64,000 bases of DNA from the human T2T-CHM13v2.0 reference genome, Homo sapiens. Shown in pieces: positions 17,922 to 36,067 of this stretch. The notes under the pieces were generated by a model. That model saw nothing but the letters and a program-made list of their open reading frames with translations. It was not told the origin of the DNA and made no database searches. The DNA lies in assembly GCA_009914755.4 (NCBI GenBank), contig CP068257.2:7648001-7712000 (forward strand), read 5' to 3'. Position numbers and translations under genes: made by a program. Each line of letters starts with the position of its first letter. The first letter of the stretch is position 1.

Positions 17922-18938
17922 ATGGGGAAAAAACAGAGCAGAAAAACTGGAAACTCTAAAAAGCAGAGCACCTCTCCTCTGCCAAAGGAATGCAGTTCCT
18001 CACCAGCAATGGAACAAAGCTGGACAGAGAATGACTTTGACGAGTTGAGAGAAGAGGGCCTCAAACGATCAAACTACTCCGAGCTACAGGAGGAAATTCA
18101 AACCAAAGGCAAAGAAGTTGAAAACTTTGAAAAAACTTTAGACGAATGTGTAACTAGAATAACCAATATAGAGAAGTGCTTAAAGGAGCTGATGGAGCTG
18201 AAAGCCAAGGCTCGAGAACTATGTGAAGAATGCAGAAGCCTCAGGAGATGATGAGATCAACTGGAAGAAAGCGTATCAGTGATGAAAGATGAAATGAATG
18301 AAATGAAGCAAGAAGGGAAGTTTAGAAAAAAAAGAATAAAAAGAAATGAACAAAGCCTCCAAGAAATATGGGACTATGTGAAAAGACCAAATCTGCGTCT
18401 GATTGGTGTACCTGAAAATGACGGGGAGAATGGAACCAAGTTGGAAAACACTCTGCAGGATATCATCCAGGAGAACTTCCCCAATCCAGCAAAGCAAGCC
18501 AACATTCAGATTCGGGAAATACAGAGAACACCACAAAGATACTCCTCGAGAACAGCAACTCCAAGACATATAATTGTGAGATTCACCAAAGTTGAAATGA
18601 AGAAAAAAATGTTAAGGGCAACCAGAGAGAAAGGTCAGGTTACCCACAAAGGGAAGCCCATCAGAATAACTGCTGATCTCTCGGCAGAAACTCTACAAGC
18701 AAGAAGAGAGTGGGTGCCAACATTCAACAATCTTACAGAAAAGAATTTTCAACCCAGAATTTCATATTCAGCCAAACTAAGCTTCATAAGTGAAGGAGAA
18801 ATAAAATACTTTACAGACAAGCAAATGCTGAGCGATTTTGTCACCACCAGGCCTGCCCTAAAAGAGCTCCTGAAGGAAGCACTAAACATGGAAAGGCACA
18901 ATCGGTACCAGCCACTGCAAAAACATGCCAAATTGTAA
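17922..18938 (+). pseudogene. L1 ORF1 (ORF1p, RNA-binding protein), inactivated by two adjacent in-frame stop codons
   Basis: Same frame throughout (17922 and 18279 are both in frame 0). The sequence ...CRSLRR TGA TGA DQLEESVSVMKDEMNEMK corresponds to the L1HS CRSLRSRCDQLEERVSAMEDEMNEMK, so CGA->TGA and TGC->TGA. The remainder aligns with ORF1p through ...RYQPLQKHAKL. Confidence 0.85.
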
Positions 18939-19001
18939 AGAACATCAAGACTAGGAAGAAACTGCGTCAATTAACGAGCAAAATAACCAGCTAACATCAT
19001 A

Positions 19002-22816
<3,815 letters not shown>

Positions 22817-23469
22817 ACAATGAGAACACATGGACACAGGAAGGGGAACATCACACTCTGGGGACTGTTGTGGGGTGGGCAGGGGGAGGAGGGATAGCAT
22901 TAGGAGATATACCTAATGCTAAATGACGAGTTAATGGGTGTAGCACACCAGACTGGCACATGTATACATATGTAACTAACTGGCACATTGTGCACATAAA
23001 CCGTAAAACTTAAAGTATAATAATAATAATAGTAATGATAAAATAAAATAATGAAAAATTTGTTTGCCTTGTAAATAAATTACCAAAAAAAAAAGGAAAA
23101 ACAAGAGGCAGATTATTTGTGGAGATAAGTCTTCCCCCTATCAATGAGTAAAGATTTTTGCCCTTTAAAAATTTTTTAAGTCATGATTTTAGGTAAATGA
23201 ATGACTTACGTTGACGTGGAATTCTATTTCATAACATCAAGTGTTTAAACCTTTAATATATTTAATAGGCTTCCCAAAATCAAATTGCATCTTCAAAATT
23301 TTATGTTCTGACCTCTAACTTTGGGATACTACAGAGGCCCCTGAAGCACCCAAAAGAGAGGTAAACAGGACTATTTAACATGTTAAGTCACATGGCTAGC
23401 ACTGTCAAAATAAAAAATAATGTTGAACCTTCTTTAGGTTATATTCAGTGTGTCATCAATCCATTCTAA

Positions 23470-23790
<321 letters not shown>

Positions 23791-24099
23791 TAATTATGGT
23801 TATTAAGTTATTGTAGACCACAGAAATAACCAAATTTCCTTGTCATTTGTCTTTATCTATAACTATTTAAAGTCATTTCCACAGTTAATTGCTTAATGGT
23901 GATGCAGTTTCTAAAAACTTCACAAGCATGCAAAATTCTAGAATATGGTGTCTCTTAGAAGATTCATGAAAGAATGAAAAGGATCCTGAAAAACACTCGT
24001 GAACACAGATTTTTAATAACTTTAATATCATGGGTAAAAATTCCCCATAAGTTCCCTGATACCCCAAGAATTGGACAGGTTAAGAATTCTCAAAAGTTA

Positions 24100-24389
<290 letters not shown>

Positions 24390-25699
24390 CCCAAAAATTT
24401 AATAAAAAGACCAACTGGTTTATAAAACTGCTAACCTAAGTAAAACAAAAATTGTATACCAAGGAAATATTTTGCCACATTTGCATGCTAAATCACCAAT
24501 ATTGAAATTGATTAGATATATAATTTAAATAATCTCCATGGTCTAAGTCAAATCACCTATAACTACTCATCAGTTACCAGTGCCATGCACCTAATTTGGA
24601 GAAACAGCTGGTATTCAAGAGGATGTAAGTCTAATGTTAATTAAGCACAGACTTATGAAGAACCAGGATGGCCACCTTATCCTTCTTAAGTCCTTAAAAC
24701 TTTTGTTATTAAAAGTTCTGCATTCCATAACTCATCATGGAAAGAGAAAATGATCCAAATTAAATATATTGGTGTGGTGATTTCTAAACTGCTAAAATAG
24801 TTTATAACCAATGTTTGGTTTGTCAATACTATATTTCTAGGAAAACAATCAAAACTTCAGGTACATTTGGTTACCTGATGGGCCATTTAAACATTTTATA
24901 AAGGGATTTCATTCAGTTTTCATTTTCAGTGCATGTTTTCTGATTGTATAAAAACTTCCATGCGAGAGAATTGATGTTAAAACAGTAGATAATTACCCTG
25001 AAGTGTATTTTCACCAGGTAAAGAAAGCCTTTTATGGTTCACTGAGGACAGTCAAACCCTTCAAAATCTAGAATCTGATGACTGGATCTTCTGAGAACAT
25101 CAGAGAAGGACTGCCCTTGCCATCCACATGACAGCAAAAATTTAAAACCTTAAACTTTGGGTTCATAGTCTCACAACTCAGAAGGGTCCCTCCACACTCG
25201 GAACCATATGCCCATTGGAACCCTTAAGGTAAAGCTAACAAGGACAGTTCCCCCCAGAAGAAGATGGCATCCTTAATGTGAACAGCTTTTCCCAAGATCA
25301 CAGATCAAGACTTCTCTACTATCATGAGACACTTATCTTAAGTATCTGTGCAGCTGCTAACACTTACAGCATGTGGAGAAAACATGGTGTATTATAAAGA
25401 TTTGGTTGTAGGGAATTAACAAAAAAACCCACTTAGTTAAGCAAGTAAACTCTTTATCTAATTCATTCTTTAATCTATTTGATTTTAGGTGGTTTGATTT
25501 ATGGGGACCCTGAGTTAGGAGCATATACCAAATTCTTGGTGTTATCCCAAGAGTCATAAGAGTCTCCCTGGTGCACTGTACTTACTCAAATGTTTTAAGA
25601 GTTTGCATGCAGGCATCTCTAAAATATCAAATGGTATCTCTTCAACTGGAATGACAAGAGATTAAAAAAAAGTGCAACCATAAGGACACCGTAACCTAT

Positions 25700-26578
25700 G
25701 AGTGACATGCTAAACCGGAAACCCAAAACAATGGGGGTGACATGCTAAACCAGAAACCCAAAACAATGGGAGCGATGTACTAAAACTGGAACCCAAAACA
25801 ATGGGAGTGATGTGCACTAAAACCAGAACCCAAAACAATGGGAGTGACGTGCTAAACCAGAAACCCAAAACAATGGGAGTGACTTGCTAAAACTGGAACC
25901 CAAAACAATGGGAGTGACGTGCCAAAAGCGGAAACGAAAACAAGGGGAGTGATGTGCTTAAACCAGAACCCAAAACAATGGGAGTGACCTGCGAAACCAG
26001 AAACCCAAAACAATGGGAGTGACGTGCTAAACCAGAAACCCAAAACAATGAGAGTGATATACTAAAACTGGAACCCAGAACAATGGGGGTGACGAACACT
26101 AAAATCAGAATCCAAAACAATGGGAGTGACTTGCTAAAACTGGAACCCAAAACAATGGGAGTGATGTGCTAAAACCGGAAATGAAAACAATGGGAGTGAT
26201 GTGCTAAAACCGGAACCCAAAACAATGGGAGTGACCTGCTAAACCAGAAACCCCAAACAATGGGAGCATCCTGCTAAACCAGAAACCGAAAACAATTGGA
26301 GTGATCTGCTAAACCAGAAACCCAAAACAATGGGAGTGACGTGCTAAAACTGGAACCCAAAACAATGGGAGTGACGTGCTAAAACCGGAACCCAAAACAG
26401 TGGGAGTGACCTGCTAAACCAGAAACCCAAAACAATGGGAGTGACGTGCTAAAACCAGAAACCCAAAACAATGGGATCATCCTGCTAAACCAGAAACCCA
26501 AAACAATGGGAGTGACGTGCTAAAACCAGAACCCAAAACAATGGGATCATCCTGCTAAACCAGAAACCCAAAACAGTG
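25700..26578. repeat. Minisatellite / VNTR, ~35-37 bp unit, ~24 tandem copies
   Basis: Unit GGGAGTGACGTGCTAAAACCAGAAACCCAAAACAAT with variants (AACTGGAACCC / AACCGGAAACG; GTGATGTGC / GTGACCTGC / ATCATCCTGC), repeated head to tail across ~880 bp. Confidence 0.9.
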
Positions 26579-26655
26579 GTAACTAAGAGTGATGCTAAGG
26601 CCCTACATTTTGGTCACACTCTCAACTAAGTGAGAACTTGACTGAAAAGGAGGAC

Positions 26656-26947
26656 TTTTTTTTTCTAATACAGAGTCTTGGTCTGTCCCCCAGAGTGGAG
26701 TGCAGTGGCACAATCTTGGCTCACTGCAAGCTCTGCCTCCCAGGTTCAGGCCATTCTCCTACCTCAGCCTCCTGAGTAGCTGGGACTACAGGCACCCACC
26801 AACACACTTCGCTAATTTTTTGTATTTTTAGTAGAGATGGGGTTTCACCATATTAGCAAGGATGGTCTCAATCTCCTGACCTCGTGATCTGCCCACCTCA
26901 GCCTCCCAAAGTGCTGGGATTACATGTGTGAGCCACCGCGCCCAGCC
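26656..26947 (-). mobile_element. Alu SINE (reverse)
   Basis: TTTTTTTTCTAATACAGAGTCTTGGTCTGTCCCCCAGAGTGGAGTGCAGTGGCACAATCTTGGCTCACTGCAAGCTCTGCCTCCCAGGTTCA ... GTGTGAGCCACCGCGCCCAGCC. Confidence 0.9.
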
Positions 26948-27317
26948 AAAAGGAGGAATTTTTTTAAGCAAAATTATGGGAGGCCATTGTTTTGAACTAA
27001 ACTCATGCAATAGGTCCCAACAGACCAAACCAAACCAAAATGGAGTCACTCATGCTAAATGTAACATAATCAAACTAAGACTTTAAGGAAACACATAAAT
27101 CCTAGAACAAACTAGGTTTTGTTTTTCTCCTGTAAACAGGATGTTCCAGCATAAGAAGATACCTTCTACTCAAGTCCTTGTTCCACCTTTTCAAATCTCA
27201 CTGGTCTATTTCCCAGTGGGTTTCTAAACCAAGTAAGTACATTTGCAATGGTAATAGTCACACCAGTGACTGAAGTTTTGGCCAATCTCTCATAATTGAG
27301 AAAATAACCAAAGGGAA

Positions 27318-27716
27318 GGCATTGTTAAAGTGAACTAAGTATGGCCTGAGAAGGACTCCATAATTCTATATATGAGTCCTTGTGGATGAACTGTAACCTA
27401 CCTTAATAGGTATACAAGAATGAAAAACTAACTTAAGAGTATGCACCTGGAACAACAGCTACATCTTGGCCAATCCCAATGACCAAACTTCAACCACTCA
27501 GGCACTGCCAAATGTTCAAAATGTGTTCAAACAAGGCAAACACTGAGTTGTTTCGGTACCTCACTTCCGATTTCGGTATGCTATTTTCCTTTTGTCTATA
27601 AATCTTCTTCCATCACATGACTGCGCTGGAGTCTCTGTGAATCTGCTGTGATTCTGGGGACTGCATGATTCGTGAATCGTTTATTACTCTATTAAACTCC
27701 TTTAAAGTTTTTCTTT
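27318..27716 (+). mobile_element. ERV LTR, second copy of the 13679-14156 family (candidate 3' LTR of the same HERV-L-type provirus)
   Basis: TGTTAAAGTGAACTAAGTATGGCCTGAGAAGGACTCC ... CTGCTGTGATTCTGGGGACTGCATGATTCGTGAATCG ... TTTTCTTTTAACAG is collinear with copy A at ~80% identity with a ~65-bp internal deletion. It is preceded by a purine-rich PPT-like tract ACCAAAGGGAAGGCA. Confidence 0.55.
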
Positions 27717-27764
27717 TAACAGAACTAACACAGAAGAATTTCCAGATCATGAACAGATGTTTTG

Positions 27765-28330
27765 TAATACCCAACGTTGTAACATGAATAGACTCTTCCT
27801 TAGATAGCTAACCTTGTTTTTAATATGAATAGACTCTCCCTTAGCTGAGAAAACCAGACAAACTCCATTTGGCTCCTTCATTTACAAGACATCAAGGGCT
27901 CCCTACCCACCCCCTTTCCTCAAGGACTTTAACTTGTGCAAGCTGACTTTCAACATATCAAAGAGTGGAATTAACTGATAAAGTGCTGAGACAAGCGATG
28001 TCTGCAGTTCCCAGCAATTTATTCAGAGATAGTATCATAAAGCCCCACATTTGTCTGGCAGATATTGCCCAGAGCCCCCTCACCTATCACTTTGTGGTGA
28101 ATTTAAAGCCCCTGCACCGGGAACAGTTTGTTTTCCTGTAACCATCTGTCTTTTTAAATTTTTTGTCTGTTATTATCTTCTGTAAAGTTGCTGCAGCTAG
28201 AATCCCCCCTCCCCTCTTTAAACCAAAGTATAAAAGAAAATCTTGTCCCTTCTTCGGGGCCGAGAGAATTTCGTGCGTTAGCTGTCTCTCAGTCACCAGC
28301 TAATAAAGGACCCCTGAATTCGTCTCAAAG
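27765..28330 (+). mobile_element. Possible solo LTR of a different ERV family (U3-R-U5-like organisation)
   Basis: Starts TGTAACATGAATAGACTCTTCCTTAG with an internal direct repeat of TGAATAGACTCTYCCTTAG. It has a TATA box AGTATAAAAGAAAATC (~28228) and a poly-A signal CTAATAAAGGACCCCTGAATTCG (~28300). The family is not identified. Confidence 0.3.
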
Positions 28331-31099
28331 TGTGGCGTTTATCTCTAAATCACTCGGGTACGACAGTTTCAACTATGGTAGAAGACTTGAGTAAGGCAAA
28401 TACAGTCCCCCTAAATTTGACTATTATTTACGTTAATGGTGAGTTTAGAAGAAATAAGTTAAGACTACAAAGAGTGGGCTAAAGTGCAAATAAACACTGG
28501 AAATATTTCCCAGAAAATATGACTTTGAACAGGCTGCTGCACACCCTGCATGTAGAGATAAACTAAGAAAAATGTCTGGAGAGTTATTTAAGGACCTATG
28601 GTTAACTCAGTACTCAAGATGTTCTGGGTTTCATCCATGAATCAAGGAGGACCTCCCAAAAGCTGTTTGGGACCACACTCTTTGAGCAATGAGCACAACT
28701 TACGATGGAAGCTGTGCTTTAGCGGAAGATGACCGTTTCCACTGCACAACACTACAAGTGGTTACTGCCAGGCCGGTGTGAAATATGTTCCAGCACATAA
28801 TCTATGTCACCAATGAAGGTGGTGGTTCGGACTTGGTACACACAAGCTTTCCTGTCCCACAAGAACACTGCATGCTCTCTTCTCGGGTTCCATTCCAATC
28901 ACGTAACAAATATGACTGCCTTTTTTGTCTCGGCATCAGAAAGATCAGAGGAAAATTTCCACCCAACTTAGACAACTCTAAGCTCTTATAACCTGCCTAT
29001 ATCTACAGGTCAGCTTTATCTTATTTATGTATATTTCCTTCAACCTGAGTTTTACTTATTTCTACTTTTCCTTTTTAATTCACAGACACCCATAAACTCA
29101 GAAAATACAGTGTAAAACAAAGTGAAGAACAAGTAAACAACTCACCAGATATTTATTCGTTTCTTGTTGCTCTTGGAAACACCCAGAGGACACTGGAAAC
29201 ATAGCTGGGATAGAAGGCAAATGACGTGGATTAAGGAGAGAACTGGTGTGGTGTGGTCCCAGATTCTTCTGCCCAATGCTCTAGACACATTACCTGGGAA
29301 AGCCCTCCTCCCTCCTGAAAAAGAAAAACTTCCCCGTGGGAGAAGAGTCCTTCACGCCTCATTAGGGGCAGCAGAGGCTCAAGTTAAGATAAGATACATA
29401 GACAAGTACATTAATTGGTAGACATTAGATGCACAATTTATTTTTGAATAAAAATATGTATTACCTACTAATTTAGTAACAATATTATCTAAAGATATAA
29501 TCTAATAATTTAATACAAAGAAACATTATAAGTTCACTAAAATAAATGTTATAGAAATATACTGGGCTGTATTAACTATTTTCCTATTAATATGTAGATT
29601 CCACAAATAACTTCATATGAGTGTTCCCATGACAGTACCTCTTGCTTTTCTATACCTGAACATCGTGGAAAGTGCATCTTGCAAACCAGCAATTTTGGCC
29701 TACAATTACGTTTTTTAAAATGTACATAATATGTATTTCCTGCAGTACACCATTCTACTCATGTTTCCCAATAACACCTTTCCTTCTATCCAAGCCCTCA
29801 TATTATGCTCTGACAATAAATTGGGCTTTTCCATCTGACTTGTCCAGTGAATGGACAATGGAAAATGTGATGCAAATATCCATTGGTTCTTCCCTTTTTG
29901 GGAGAAATTTTGAAGAGGTCTGGAGCTACCCTGTTGGAGACACAGGGCCTAGCCAAGAGTCACCACAAACCACCAGATTGTGAAGGAAACTATCTTAAAC
30001 CAACCAGGCTCAGTCAACGCACCAGGTGACTAAGGCCTTTTTGTAATCCAGGCAACACAAATATATCAACTACCCAGCTGAATCCACCACACCAAAGTGC
30101 AGATCCACAGAACTTCATACAAATAAAATGGTGATTGTTTTTTATAAGCCAGTAAGGTTTAATTAGTTCCTTAAACAGCAAGTATTAACTGTTACACCTA
30201 AGTGAACAGAATTCACTTCTGTGTTTTTAACAAAATTATGTAGGGGGAGAAAATCTTAAATTACAAATCAAATACAATCAATAGAACTTCGCAATCTAAT
30301 GCTAAATTTGGGGATGGACTAGGTTTAATATATCTCAGACGCGAAAAAACGAGCTAAGATTGAAGGAATGGGACTGTGTTTGGAGAGTATTTTAATCCTC
30401 TCAAGTATGACAGGTCACTGCTGTACCCCAGACCACACTTTCAGGCCCCTTCAAATAAGGAATATTTCCTAAGTCCTTGCCTGTTCTTCTCAGCTGAATT
30501 CACCTCAACCTTCTGAAAGTTCGTCCAAACCTTCTACTATCACCTAGTCTTTGCAAATCTTGTGCATTCTAGGGAGTAGAATTAATATTTCCTGAGCAAG
30601 GAAAACTGGGATCTTCACCTGTGACCTTTTTTCCTCCTCTGAAGCACCAGTGAGAGGTTAGACCAGATGGCTGTTCTTTCAAGTGTGCTTCTTATTCATA
30701 GGGAACCCTCCCTTTCAAACTTTGTAACACACAGTTAAGACTGAAGTACCCTTAAGGCTGACGACCATCATCTATTATGCCATCTCCCTTGTGGAATCAG
30801 TGAGTTCTTCCCTGGAAACTAGGTCTCGTATAAACTTCTGTAAATGCGACCCAGGAGGACTAGGCAGGTCACACAGTGAAGGAGGGAACCAGAAACTTCA
30901 CTTGCTAAAGAGACACCAGGAAACCCAACTAATACAAACACCAAGTTTAAGACTAGCGGCGCACGCGTTTCACACTACTCCTCTGGGAATGGGGAAAGTC
31001 TCCTGAGAACTGTGTGTTAGCACTGGGACAGATGGGCAAACTGAGCATCATGCTGGTTGGTAACCGTGTCCCTCAGCGGCAGGACAGGAGCGCGGCCTG

Positions 31100-31560
31100 C
31101 AGACTCTGGGCCTAGGGCCACTGGCCTCTCCTACCCGCTCCTGTGCCTCTAGAACCCGCTTCACTGCTGGGACCCCACGCCTGTCCTCCCAGCCTCCGCC
31201 TGGGTCCGTGGCCCGCACCTGCTCTTCAGGCCCTGCCCTCCCGCGATTCGCCCATGCGTCTGCTTCCACAACTAGGGAACACTGGTCCGGCCCCCTGGGA
31301 TTCCCTGAGGCCTACGGGTTCCTCTTGGCCCTTGCACCGACCCACAGGGACATAGAACCAAGCCCCAAGCCGGCCCAGCTACAGGACCGACTCTGGGTGC
31401 CACACTTCCGGAGGAAAATGGCGGAGTGGGCCGGGCGGCGCATGCGCAGAGAGAAAAGCTGGTTCCCAAGGTCCTTGATGGTAACATCATTGGAAGGTGA
31501 CACCACAATTCCCATGAGGCTTTGCGGTCCCCCGTTAGGAACCCACGCCGGACATTCTGT
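31100..31560. promoter_or_regulatory. CpG-rich, housekeeping-type promoter-like island with clustered ETS/GABP, YY1, NRF1 and ZNF143-like motifs
   Basis: Within ~130 bp: CACTTCCGG (ETS/GABPA core), AAAATGGCGG (YY1 core, AAnATGGCG), GCGCATGCGC (perfect NRF1 palindrome) and ACCACAATTCCCATGAGGCTTTGCGG (resembling the ZNF143 SBS, TTCCCAnnnnGCnnTGCG). The local sequence is GC-rich and CpG-rich (e.g. GCGCGGCC, CCCGCGATTCGCCCATGCGTC, GGCCGGGCGGCGCATGCGC). Confidence 0.4.
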
Positions 31561-31739
31561 TTTGCCCAGCACTTGAGTCCAGTTACACAGAGACCCGGAC
31601 TTAATGTATCAGGACTGGTCCCTACCCAGGTGACACAGATGTGGCATTCTGGTTCTTTATTAAATCCTGGTTTCACAGCCTGGGACATTGTGAAAATAAT
31701 GGAGAAATTTCAATAGAGGCCAATTGGTCTATGCTATGA

Positions 31740-32044
<305 letters not shown>

Positions 32045-32333
32045 TCAAGTCTATTTTTTATAGATGCATTCGAAAGCATGAAAACAATCATGCCTCTATT
32101 TTACTTTAAAATTTTAAAAACACAACTAATGAATATGGTAATTCTCTTCCAATCCGTTATCTTTTCTCTCACTAAACTAATTTGTGAGCCTTCAATTACA
32201 CAGTTAGAAAATATGCTCTAGTGCATATACTAGGATAAAATAACAGGGTCATAAGACAGGTGCACTCCATAATCTTTGTGACAACTTTCACTTCCAGTGT
32301 CTGATAAATATTTGCCCATAGACTCCCACGTTT

Positions 32334-32367
32334 CATCCATCCATCCATCCATCAATCAAATCTACCT
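32334..32367. repeat. (CATC)n tetranucleotide microsatellite
   Basis: CATCCATCCATCCATCCATCAATCAAATC, read directly. Confidence 0.9.
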
Positions 32368-33965
32368 ATCTTTATTTATTTATTGTGAGAAAGACCTGAA
32401 ATTTGCCTTTCCTTCCCTGATTTCTGCCACAACCTAGGCAAGGAGTTCTGTCTAGGGATTTCTCAGAGCTCCGGCTACCACCGAGGTTCCTAACAGGGAA
32501 ACGCAGGCTTGAATGCTCAGGGTTGATGTGGGAGTGCATGTGAAACGGGGGTGGGGTGAAAGGGCAGTGACGTTTGTAGGTGGGCAGATGAGGGTGTTGA
32601 TGGGCTTTCAGGTAAGAGGCACAGAGGAACCTGGGAGAGGCAGCGAAAGCACCTCACGCCTCAGATCACCAGAAGACGCTCCCACCAGTGCCATGACAGT
32701 TTGCCAATGCCATGGCATCATGAGAAGTCCCCACCCCTTGCCATGGAAACAGATGGAAGTTACTGCCCATTTCTAGCTATTTCTGAATAACCTGCCCCTT
32801 AATTAGCATGCCATTAAAAGTGAATTATAAAAATGACTACAAGCCACCCCTAGGCTGCTGCTCTGGGAGCACAACCCACGGAGGGCACCCTGCCCTGCCG
32901 GAGTGGATGCAGGGCTGTAACACCGCCAATGCCTCCGTAGAGCTGCTTTCTTCCACCACAGGCTTGCTTTTGGATTTCTTCCTGAGCGACGCCAAGAACC
33001 TGCCCTTCCTCAGTGTGACTCTTGCCTAAAACCTATCCCTGATATTCTCTTTTCCTAAGCATGCCTTGACTTGTTCTTTCATCTCCTCTGATCTTGCAAT
33101 TGGTCCTCAGTGACTCTATTCTGCAGATCCAGAAAACTCAACCTTAATCTTCCCAGAGCCCTGTTGTCTCTAATATTGGAATCTCTAGCCTTGTTTTCTC
33201 AGACGCCTAGATTACAGGCTTCTCTCTTGAACACCTATTGGTATGGTATCCGGGGATCCTTTAAATACTTGATGATTGGCAGGGGTTAAATAGCGGAAAT
33301 CAGTGCCTGATAATTCACCTTCCAGGATATGGACTGTCATTCCCTCTCTTGGTGGGCCTCAGTCTCTTATCCATAAAAGTAGAGTATATAATACTCATTT
33401 GAATTGCAGATACCTCAACCCGAACCCACCTAATATAATGTAAAAGCCAAGAATGCAACCCCTTTCTTCACCCCGTGAAGGTAAAGCCCTCAGAGCCAAG
33501 GAGAGAAGGCTCAGGGATGGTATCTGGGTGTTTCCAACGCTAACCATGTATTGTAGTTTTTAGTGTTCAAGTTTAAGCTTCCCCAGCTTTAATTCTATTG
33601 TAACAAGATTTATTTTTATAATTCCATTTTTGGATTCTTGATTTCTTGGTGAAGAAGTACAGTTATTTTTGTATACCAATCTTATATAGTGTTACATTCT
33701 TAAATTTGTTCATGAGTCCTAATACTTTTTAGTAAATTTCTTATGATTTTCTAAATGCAAGATCATGTCATCTGTACATAAAGATAACTGTACTTCTTCC
33801 TTTCCAATCTAGATGCTGTTTATTTATTTACATTGCCAACTTGTCCCAGCTACCACTGTTATCAAGTAAAAGGGTCTCACTGCCCAAAGCACAAGAAGCC
33901 AGTACCATGACACTGAGTTTTCAAGAAAAGAAAAAGTTTAAAGTCAAAACAAAACCTAGGGTACA

Positions 33966-36067
<2,102 letters not shown>

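Noticed and set aside
25700-26578. Regular ~36-bp direct repeats that superficially resemble a CRISPR array
   Set aside because: The units are contiguous with no unique spacers between them. The context is primate nuclear DNA (Alu, L1, ERV). So this is a eukaryotic minisatellite, not a CRISPR locus.
31208-31576. 122-aa ORF (MAEWAGRRMRREKSWFPRSLMVTSLEGDTTIPMRLCGPPLGTHAGHSVLPST) starting within the promoter-like CpG island
   Set aside because: No recognisable protein family, no obvious splice donor, and it overlaps the transcription-factor motif cluster itself. It is more likely a chance ORF in GC-rich DNA than a coding first exon. Only the promoter-like signature is reported.
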